64,000 bases of DNA from Magallana gigas (Eukaryota): positions 23,374,001-23,438,000 of the forward strand of contig NC_088854.1 in the NCBI RefSeq assembly GCF_963853765.1. Direction: 5' to 3'. A program made the position numbers and the translations under genes. This document shows, piece after piece, positions 11,124-21,011 of this stretch; position 1 is the stretch's first letter; the number at the start of each line of letters is the position of its first letter. Below the pieces are notes generated by a model that was not told the origin of the DNA, did not search any database, and saw only the letters and a program-made list of their open reading frames with translations.

Positions 11124-13266
11124 ATGGAGAAAAGGTATATATGTATGCTATGGGCATTGTTGATTTGATTTTTGCGGGAAATTGGTATAATTTTTCAAAG
11201 AAATTATGGATTTTAATTTTAATTTTTCAGCATATGTATACGTCCTTTGGCAGCAATTATGGTGCTTCAATTCAGCCTTGCCACAGGTATGGGAATTAAT
11301 TTTTTTTTTTTTACTTTCTCTCTGCCCATTTTGTTATATTTTTGTGTTAATGATATTAACTTGGTACCATGAGAAATTGTTCGCCGTGATTCAGCATAGT
11401 ATTTAGGTTAGCTACATGTATGTATTACAGGCATGGTGCATTTTAAGGTGACTCGCTACACCTTGAAATAGTTTCTCTAATCAGCTGAAAATTAAAAATA
11501 TGTACTTAAATATAATAAATGAAGTATACAATTCAAATATGCGAAAAAATAAGCAATTTTAGATTTTAAAAAATATGATTTTCAAAAATTTATTTCAGTA
11601 AATATGAACAAAACCTAGCCCCAGGCGGATTCGAATTTGATTTGCACAGAATTACAACATTCAAAACTAGTGATTTATTTCTATTTCATTAAGTGTACTA
11701 TAACTGTCATAAATGTTAACTGGCATTGTATGGCATTACAATATATTATGTACAACAAGGAGATGACTCTTTAAGTTTTTGAAACTTGTGTCCACTCTTT
11801 TTGGCACCATTAGTCAGTAATCTGCGGTTCACAAGCCCGACTGAGCTATGATTACATATATATACAAATTGATACAAACAATTTAACAAAACATTTTAAT
11901 CGCCATCTTGTGACGTGGTGTCTCAAAAAGTATTAATAAGTCTTGATGTAGTGAGGAACCTTTAACATTAATTAAGCAGGTACCACCATTCAGTACAGTC
12001 GGACGGGTACAGGGACAGCGGACTATTTCTCCTCCCCCGGATATCCACAGCCATATGCCAGGTAATGTTTAGAACTGCAAGAATAAAACTTAAAATTCTC
12101 ATATTTTTAACAAATTGACTTGACTCCTTAAAGTGTTTCTACTCCTGCTACACTTAGTCTCTAAGTAAAGTCCTTTTTAATAAGCAGATTTCTGCTACTC
12201 ATTTAATTGGTGTTGGAAAAAAATATTTATTTCATTTTCTAAAGTAACTTAACACTGGATTTGGTCCTCACGGCAACCAGTCGTTCGGCTATTCTCTACA
12301 TGGACTTCTTGGACTGTGATCTAGAGTTCGCAACAGCCAAAGTGCCGTACTGTCAGCTCGACCGAATAACAGTGCATGACGGTCAGTTCATAACTCTGAT
12401 TTGCCTGTGTCGGTTACTTTGAAATTGATTTGATCTATTTCTCGTTGAAAAAATGAAGTATCTTTTGAGAGACTTAAAAGTTTATTCCTTTTTAACTTTT
12501 GAAACAACGATATTTTTTCAACCGATCCAAACAGGGCCCCTTTCAAACAGTTCTGTTCTGTACCAAGGATGTTGTCTAAATGACGTCACAACACTACAAA
12601 GTTCCGGTCCAGATCTCTTTTTGCGATTTGTGTCGGATTCCACGGTGAATGGAAGAGGGTTTTATCTCAAGTTCTACACCAATGAGACCGCAACAGGTAG
12701 GTGTTGATAGTTCAATTGAAAATGTTTACGTAAGATTTTTAATAACCATGTACTAATGTTATACAGATATGGTCCATGTAAATTGTAAATATGAAGTGAA
12801 ATTCTACAGGAGCTGAGGAGGCAATTTGTTGATTTTTTTTCTCTCCATAAGTTGTTATGTTTGTGAAATGGGGTATTTTTTTCGGTAATATCTATCATTT
12901 CATCTTTCACATGATTGTTTTCCAGATAGCAGTGAGCTGACCTCAGAGAGTGCAATCATTATCATCATAGTTATAACGACTGTTTGTCTTTCCTGCGTGG
13001 GTGTGCTTCTGCCTCTACTGTATTTTAAACACAAGTATCCTAATTCCAAATTCTCAAATAAAATTCTTCCAAGACTGCATCTACCGAAAACTCTGAAGGC
13101 TTCAGAAAAACTAGAACAAGACAATTTACGAAAAAATACGGCAGGTGCAACGACCTCTGGGACCAAACCACCAGACTTACTGGAATCTTGTTACGGTCAG
13201 ACGAATGCGGGAACTTCGAACAGCAATGGCTCAGTATCAAAAGCATCTGACAAACGATTACGTTAA
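11124..13266 (+). CDS. Type I membrane protein with signal peptide, one CUB domain, one TM helix and a cytoplasmic tail, 262 aa
   Basis: Exons 11124-11134, 11231-11286, 11980-12061, 12245-12381, 12535-12696, 12926-13266 with GT-AG introns, 789 nt in frame. MEKSICIRPLAAIMVLQFSLATG signal. CUB motifs FSSPGYPQPY, YCQLDRITVHDG, LFLRFVSDSTVNGRGF. TM AIIIIIVITTVCLSCVGVLLPLLYF. Confidence 0.85.
11443..11965 (-). mobile_element. TTAA-flanked MITE in CUB-gene intron 2, with a tRNA-derived cassette split by a ~180-bp insertion
   Basis: Ends TTAAGGTGACTCGCTACACC and GATGTAGTGAGGAACCTTTAA. On the minus strand, an A-box TAGCTCAGTCGG (11848-11837) and a T-loop/B-box-like ATTCGAATCC (11636-11627). Confidence 0.7.
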
Positions 13267-13701
13267 TCATTAACGTTAATTCTAACTTAGCAACATGTAC
13301 AAGTATCGTGCTTTGGTAACATGGGTGACTGTAATGGATACAATAGATGTACTTGGAATTTTAACGAAAAAAGGAAATTTGTAAATGTAGTAGTAAATAC
13401 TGTTCCAAAATTATTATTAGGTTTTTATTCTATTATTATCCTGTTTTGTGTGATGTAGATTTTTTGTGTAAATAGAATTTAATTCGATGATCAGGAAAGC
13501 AAATAAGAAGGGTGTAAACTTGAAAACTACAGTTCGTTTACAGTCTGCATAATTAAGGAGGCTGTGTGGTCAACAAAATTAACCATCAGATCTACCTTAA
13601 ATTTTGAAAAATGATTTGTTAATCTTTAAACTGCTATCTAGTATTTTTTTTAAAAATCCGTCAATTTAAACTGTAAAGTTGGAATGTTTTTTTTATATAT
13701 C

Positions 13702-15174
13702 TATACTACGATGGCCGATATGGGCCGGATAAAAAGTAACCACGAGTTGTGTTTGATTTGCCGGCAATTCCTGAAATGCCGGCAAAAAGTAACCACGAGT
13801 TATATTTGATTTGCCGGTAATTCTTAGATGCCGGCAAATCTCAAACGTGGTCAAATCTTACTTATTGTTCAATTAAAATACCAGAGGATATAGAGGTCAA
13901 AAAGTCTCGTTATCTTAATTGACAAAAGGGTTTGACAAAAAACATGGCAGTTTTACTTGCAACGTGCATTATTAATGACATCAAACAGAACACAAGAGCA
14001 AATTAAAAAAAAAGACGGCATCATAACATCCAGACATGTCTTAAACTCATTGGAACCCGACACTCTTAATGAAGCATTTGGTCAATTGCTTATATATCAT
14101 AACTAATTAAGAGCGTTTTGGCGGTATTAATAGCACATGTGACATTTCAAATTTGTAATAAGGCCCACCTCGTCAGGAGCTCACCTTATACATAAATCAA
14201 TTAATCTCTCTGAAATTCATTTGGTTTTAATTTGGATCTAATGATAAGATCACCTATATTTTTGTGTTTACTGTATGCAACCATAGGAGGTGTTGTGAAT
14301 AATTTTTGCATACTTCGTCATGTTGTATGTTATCCAGGTATTTCATAAGTCGTTTCCTTAATACTTTTATACAAATTTGGTCACCAAAACATTAGATACA
14401 GCCTTTTCATTGTGTTCTTCTTTTATTTTTTTAGAAGATTAATTCTATTTGCTGAAATAGTTTCTTGCATAATAGGTTCAATTTCTGATTGTTTTTAATC
14501 TCTTTTTTTAGATGAGTTTTAAAGTCTTTAAAAATACTTTGTAATACAGCTTGATCACTAGTATTTCTCAGATGTCTGGTCCTTTAATTAGGCCCTTGAA
14601 AACTGATGAGCTATGAGCACTTTGTCTGTGCAGGTATTGGAAGCTGTTAGTAGGTTTGATATATGAGCGAATGTCTAATCGCTGGCTATCTGAGAATCTT
14701 GTTTTCTTGTATATGGTCGTGTCTAAGAAATTGACTGGTGTGAGATAATTCATAAGTAAATCTCAGATATTTATGACAAGAGTTCCCTATGTCAAAAAAT
14801 TCTTTAAATTCATCCGGGCTTCCATTAAATAGAATAAAGCCGTCATCTCTATATTTGCCGTGATAAATAAGTTTCGAAAGGCCCTCAACATTGCCGGCGC
14901 GCAATTCCCCCCTTACTTCTCCTCATACTTTGCTTCTTTTCAACCCTTACGACCAATTAAGATAACTTGACTTTTGTGACCTCAATCTTCTGGTATTTTA
15001 ATTAAACATTAAATATAAGATTTGCCCACATTTAAGATTTGCCGGCATCTAAGAATTGCCGGCAAATCAAACACAACTCGTGGTTACTTTTTGCCGGCAT
15101 TTCAGGAATTACCGGCAAATCAAACACATCTCATGGTTTCTTTTTGTCCGGCCCATATCGGCCATCGTACTATA
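13702..15174. mobile_element. Long-TIR element (~220-bp TIRs with 54-bp subrepeats, TA target duplication) containing a Penelope-like RT fragment
   Basis: TIRs 13702-13921 and 14954-15174 (TATA[C/G]TACGATGGCCGATATGGGCCGGA...GTTATCTTAATTG), similar but not identical. Flanked C-TA...TA-CAG. Confidence 0.9.
14201..14900 (-). pseudogene. Decayed C-terminal part of a Penelope-like element reverse transcriptase
   Basis: Frameshifted peptides YHGKYRDDGFILF (catalytic DD), VNFLDTTIYK, YIKPTNSFQYLHRQSAHSSSVFKG and PPMVAYSKHKNIGDLIIRSKLKPNEFQRD* match the conserved PLE RT palm, thumb and linker motifs. Confidence 0.85.
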
Positions 15175-15242
15175 CAGAGATTTTCTGTTTAAGGAGATTC
15201 ATACGATCTATAAAATGGTCACGACCGACCATTCCTCTTAAT

Positions 15243-15408
15243 TAAGGAATAAAGAATCCTTTGAGTATTATGATGTGATACCGGTATTTTTGGTCGGGGC
15301 GTGATCAAATCCAATAAAGCCCGAAGGGCTTTATGATAAATTTGATTAGGCCCCGACCAAAATTATCACATGGTATTCGCCTCTTAATATTCAAAGAACG
15401 ATTCCTTA
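15243..15408. repeat. ~165-bp foldback repeat with a central AAAGCCC-GAA-GGGCTTT hairpin
   Basis: Inverted arms TAAGGAAT/ATTCCTTA, TTTGAGTATTA/TAATATTCAAA, TTGGTCGGGGC/GCCCCGACCAA, ATCAAAT/ATTTGAT. Confidence 0.85.
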
Positions 15409-16056
15409 TTAATTATATTTATATAATTTTTAGTCATTGTACAATTAAATATTTGAATATAAATAAACAAATCCCGTTTGCACCCCAATTATACGCCATA
15501 TGAATTTATTGGCCTGTATAATACAAAATCGATACACATGTAGTTTTATCACATGCAGACAAAGATACTGAAAAATGGAAATATTGGAATAGAAATGCTA
15601 GTATTCAACAAACGAGCACAGTATACATGATATGTATTAAATTTTAGGCAATCAGCACTTTACATTTAGCTGTTTATTCCTCCCAAAATATATAGTTATC
15701 TGTAAACAATTTTGTATTCTAACAGCATGTACATAATGTGTTAAATCAATTTAGTGTCATTTTTTCAGTTGCAATAAAAGAAAAATTCACATGTTTATAT
15801 TTTTGCATTACACAAATCGATTCATGTGACACACTATAAGGTTTTTCAAAACCCTTCATTAGCGAAGCATTTACATAAAAACCTTTTTAATATTTTTTTT
15901 ATAATAAATCCCACACAATATTGGATGAAATCCACACCAGCTATTGCTTTCAGTCATAAACCCTTCGTTGCCTGTGAGTCGTTATTAGCGGGAAATCAGA
16001 TCACTTCCTTCTAAGCAGAACATTTTGGAATGGATGAAGCATTGCTTCAATTGACG

Positions 16057-19000
16057 CTAGGCCGTCTTGGACGTCCGATGAGATTCACCTTTTAGAGACA
16101 AGTACTGGTCGTGAAAGTCTAGTCTTGCTGTATAGTGAAAAGCGATGTTGGTGAACACCACAAGGTATTCACAAGCAGCGAAACCAGTGTACACTGAAAA
16201 GAGAGAGAAAGAGCTTCAATAGACCACTGAGTCCACTATACCTATACATGCGCGGATCTAGAGGGGGTCATGTGGTCCCCCCCCCCCCGGGAAAATGTTA
16301 TTCAGTTCCTGGTAAAGTAACCTAAAATAGGTCTTGGACTCCCTCCTCTGGAAAATAAAATTAAATCACATGTCTGACACCCCAACCACCACCCCTTCTG
16401 GGGAAAAAATCCGGATCCGCGCATTCTACATGTTTATAATATAAAAAACGAACTCTATAGACGATCAATGTACTCACCGCCACTTTCACAATACCAGTTA
16501 TGTCGAAAATACATGTATACCGCCATCATGAAAATGATGAAATTTGACACAAACATTCCAAGTTTATAGTGGTAGGATTGTATTTCCTGAAAAGAAACAG
16601 AACGAAAACTGCATTGGTGTTCAGTGTCGCGAATTCAGTGCGGTTGTTCAAATATGAAGGTACGTAGAGGACATTGAAAAAAAAAAACTTGCAGCGGTGG
16701 ACCATATACCCTTGAAGGTTTTGTTTCAGCATTGATAGCTACCTTAATAGTCTGCATGGTCTACCGAAGAAAACATTCATTCACTTTTTATAATATACAT
16801 CACACTAATTAAATCACTCTTAAATTATTTTCATAAATTTAAGCGAGTACGTAAAGAACGTAAATTGTCATTACTGTCCATCAGTGTGTTAGTTAGCTTG
16901 ACCAGTTAATTTTTCATTGCATTATAATAAACTTCTGATGGCAACCCGTGCAGACTTTCACTAAAACGTTCGGTCAATCACAAATTAATACACGCATGTG
17001 TTACCTGACAATGTAAATGTTTGTTTGATGTGTAGGTAGGAGAATGAGGAGGCAAAAGGATTATTTATCGCAGGCATTTCGATAGCGTGCAATAAATACT
17101 ATGCAAAATGGAATTTGAAATCATTTTCAAAAAGTTCGCTGGGTGCGTGATATTGATACACGGACTCATTGATTAGAACTGGTAACAGATGTTATTCAAT
17201 TTTGTCCGCTGTTAAATGAATTAACCGTTATAGATTTCTCGAAAAATAAACATAATAAACATAGATATAGAATAATCATGTACATGTACAAACAGCATGT
17301 ACAAGAATGTATCGTTGATTTCTAATTTTTTTTTGGAGGGGTGGGTGGGAGTGGGATTTTTTATTTGCAAGACAGCGATACTAGTAATCGAGCCACACTA
17401 AACTACACTGTACATGCATGTATTCAGAGAGAAGTTATTTCTGTGCATTAGTTAGCTTAGTAGTTAGCAGATCGGAAATTTTTTGACACGTAAAGATGTG
17501 TCATTTGTTTCTTTGGCTTCATCTGAGATAGAACCTCTAAAGGTTATATACACAGCAGACAAGGGAAACAGTCGGAATATTGATCAAATTATAATGATTT
17601 GTTCGTTTTAAATGCAGTACTCTAGCTCTAGTGACTTTATTTCCAGTTTCCTAGGTTTCCCATTAATTTTTGATTAAAACTGTTCACTGACTCAGGGATT
17701 ATACATTTTATTTCGATACTTCTGATTACATTTCATGAATTTAATTATAAATAAAACACGTTTATAATCAAGAGATGCTTTTGAATACACTTATTGTTCA
17801 GTAAACTAGATTGTAATTTAGTTCAGTTTGAGCATAATGTGTCATTTATTTCAAGTCAGAAGGCATCGGGTTATGCATATTAGTATGTAGCGCATCTCTT
17901 TGTAGACAAATGAGAGCATCATTTAGACGTGCAATCTCTTGATAATCAAAAAATTAGAGACTATATGGCAAATACTGTCTTTGCCAGTCTTTAATATCCT
18001 TAAAATCCTAATCCGTCCTGAGGGACAGTTATTGCCTTGCATCTTACAATTTGATCTATATCTTTAGTTTCGATACCGTTTTAATCATTGTCTTAAAAAA
18101 GGCAGTTCGTTTGAAATTCATTTTACTATATGTAATTTTGAGAAAACTGTTTCTCAAAAAGTACCCCCGTTTGGTGTTCACTGTGTTGATTACATTGTTT
18201 ACTTACATTTGGAGTCATCTTTCGGCCCCCTATTGTGTGTCCCCATCGGTACAACAAACAGGTTAACAGCATGTAGACCTCAGATGTCACCATGAATAAA
18301 ACGAACATGCTCTCGTGAATTTCTATAAATTAAAATACTTTTTAAAAAGAGCGTGCGCCTATCTGGTAAGTCAATAGTCATGCATGTTAGCTAAAAACGA
18401 AATTGAAACTTTTATGAATCAAAATATTTCATTTGTATCAAAATAAAGCTAAATGTGTAGAATATTGCAGATTGAAATTTGTTTGTAGTTTATTATTGAC
18501 TTGAGTAAGAATAGTCATCAACAAATCGAATACCTCGGTCATCTAAAGACGAAATGTACGTGAGCACAACTAACGCAAAATTCTCCACCACGTGTAGAAG
18601 AGTGCACAGTCCGGCCAGTGTCGAATACAACTTCCTCCATTTCTCCACTAAAAATCGCATGTGGAAACGAAAGTAAGCTAACGCAATAAGGAACCTAGGA
18701 AACGCATGGAGAGCAATGCAGATTCTCCAGACATTTCTCTGTGGAATGTATCCTCCAATGGCGGCACTTATAGAGGGGAGGTAATTAGGTACCTGCACAA
18801 TTTTTGAAAAGTGTTGATTTACATGTACATGTGCATGTCTTTCGGCTAAACTAATGCTTAACCGCACGCAATTACTGTATTTATACTAAGTACACACTAT
18901 CTTGTCAGTTTATTCTACACAAGTAATAACAAATTTAATATCTTTTGACAAGGGCGCTCAGACTTATTGTAATGGCCATCGTATCCGCTCTGCTCTCTAA

Positions 19001-20041
19001 TGCCCCAGTCACACATTCACGGATCAACTCCACGGTTCTACTACGGAATATTTTCCACAGTTGACACCGGAAAATCAAATATTCGTTAATGCCCCAGTCA
19101 CACATTCACGGATCAACTCCTAAGTTCTACTACGGAATATTTTCCACGGTTGACACAGGAAAATCTAATGATTCGGAGTTAGTACGGATGCACTACGGAA
19201 ATGGATACAAATTGATACATACGATTTACTACGGATTTATACGGAGTTAAAACGGACTTCTACGTTCTAAAACGGTTTAGTAAGTTTTTCTAAGGAAGTA
19301 CTACGGTGGTTTCATCCGTAGTGGAATTTTGAACATATTCAAAAATTGTCGCAGCTATACAAGTATTGCTACGTTTGGATACGATAACAGACGGAAAAGC
19401 CACGGGTCAATACATATCGCCACGAATGATTCCGGATCGCTTCCGTAGCTAATCCGGCATTTGATCCATGAATGTGTGACTGGGGCATAAGACATACATA
19501 TGTATATATAAATACATGTAATACCGGTCCTTATTACTAAAATTGTTACATAATTTATTAGGTCAAGTACGTTGATCCTCTAATCTTGGCCAAGAGTTAC
19601 AATAGGCAGTGACTTTTAACTAAGTTACATACCACTGACTAACCTATATATATATATATATCCTGAAAATATATATTTTAATTATTTTTCTTGCATTTTT
19701 TTCACTTTTATTTTATGAAAGTGATGATCTTTTCAATTTAATATACAAGTTCCATATCTCATTCTCTAATATTTTTTTTCAACATTCTTATTTTATGGGG
19801 TTTTTTTAAAAGGGAGAAAAGAATTCTGATCCTGGTTTTAAGCATTTACAATCATTTAACATATATGAACATGAAATAAAATTTTTAAATATCTTACCCG
19901 ACAATGTGTTGCGGTTGATTCTTCAAAATTAAAATACACAGACCATGCCACACAGAATAAAGTTGCAAAAAACGGCAACCCAGCTACAACGTTGCTTAAA
20001 GATGAAAAATGTACACGAAACAGTGCCTTTTCCTTCTCCAT
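16057..20041 (-). CDS. PGAP2: Post-GPI attachment to proteins factor 2 (Frag1/DRAM/Sfk1 family), paralog a, 254 aa
   Basis: Exons 20041-19898, 18792-18534, 18322-18207, 16586-16478, 16193-16057 with GT-AG introns, 765 nt. Motifs [69 protein letters not shown]. Confidence 0.92.
16247..16424. mobile_element. MITE-like repeat with CATGCGCGGATC TIRs, in PGAP2a intron 4
   Basis: CATGCGCGGATC...GGATCCGCGCAT. Same family as 599-846. Confidence 0.75.
19001..19487. mobile_element. PIF/Harbinger-like MITE (TAA target duplication) with a duplicated left end
   Basis: TIR TGCCCCAGTCACACATTCACGGATCAA / TTGATCCATGAATGTGTGACTGGGGCA, flanked by TAA on both sides. The first 89 bp are repeated at 19090. Confidence 0.8.
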
Positions 20042-20418
20042 GTTCTGTTGATCAATGGTGTACTAAGCTCTTGGATTGTTGTTCAATTGTTGAACATTAA
20101 TTTTTAAAAACTTTCGCATTTAATCCAAAGAACAATGTTTTAGTCCTTGTGTAAACACACAATGACATGTACCTCCTCGATATAGACGTCTGTCAATATT
20201 AAACACAATATTGAACTGTGTGAATTGAATCACGTGACAAGAAATTAGATATACATATACGTATCTTAGATAAACAGAGACTGAACAGTTAGTAGTTATG
20301 TAGTATCTTTATCTTGTACATATGTACAGTTTATCACTTACCTCAGGCAAAAATATCGAAGGTCTGTTTTTTTTTTTAAATAAAATGCGCAGACTTGCAA
20401 CTATATACGAGCACAGGC

Positions 20419-20504
20419 ACCATCGTCGGACATCCACGGTTGATTTCGCGTTGTTCCTCTCTACATCACCGACGCGTAGTCAACCGTGGGTGTCCGACGA
20501 TGGT
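20419..20504. repeat. 86-bp hairpin
   Basis: 25-nt arms (20419-20443 and 20480-20504), 1 mismatch. Direct repeat AGGCAC at 20415-20420 and 20505-20510. Confidence 0.9.
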
Positions 20505-20930
20505 AGGCACTTAATGTTTAAATATTTGTTTCTTTTAATATGTAGATTTTTTTTAACTTTTAGAGTTGTATAATTATGATACAGAATAAAATCTTAATCA
20601 ACGTTAATTGGGTCGTGACTCGTTCCATTTAAATGCTTTAAACGATTTAAATGCACTCATTTTTGCAAACTTAAAGAAAAAAATCTTATTAGAAATGTTT
20701 TTAACGACATCATTGACAAGTCTGATCTAGACAGTCATCCAGACTACGTGTTGTGATATAATTGGCTTTTCGCTGCAGATCAGTAGATCTTCAGTAAAAT
20801 TCGGGTTGACATGTAGAACTACAAATCTGCAGCCACTAGTATCTGTCCGTATGTCTTTCTGGTCCGCAATGTAACAACAATTAACCTTACACCGTGCATG
20901 ATTTGCAAAACGTTCGGTTAAGGGAATGTA

Positions 20931-21011
20931 CATCGTCTCAAGACACGGGTTTTGTGTCCATTCTATTTCCACAAAATAGAATGGACACAAAACCCGTGGC
21001 TTGAGACGATG
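20931..21011. repeat. 81-bp hairpin
   Basis: 38-nt arms, 1 mismatch, 5-nt loop CCACA. Flanks GGGAATGTA and GGAAATGTA. Confidence 0.92.

Larger units (their letters stand above)
13553..15241. mobile_element. TTAA-ended MITE (host) split by the 13702-15174 element
   Basis: Left part TTAAGGAGGCTGTGTGGTC...ACCATCAGATCTACCTTAAATTTT and right part TTAAGGAGATTCATACGATCTATAAAATGG...CCTCTTAA match consecutive parts of an uninterrupted copy at ~34128-34330. Confidence 0.7.

Noticed and set aside
11620-11850. Intact tRNA gene
   Set aside because: A- and B-box-like parts are present but interrupted by ~180 bp, no full cloverleaf can be built, and the segment lies within a TIR element.
14201-14900. Functional or recoded (selenocysteine or programmed frameshift) reverse transcriptase
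   Set aside because: The fragment is 5'-truncated and has multiple frameshifts and stops, consistent with ordinary decay.
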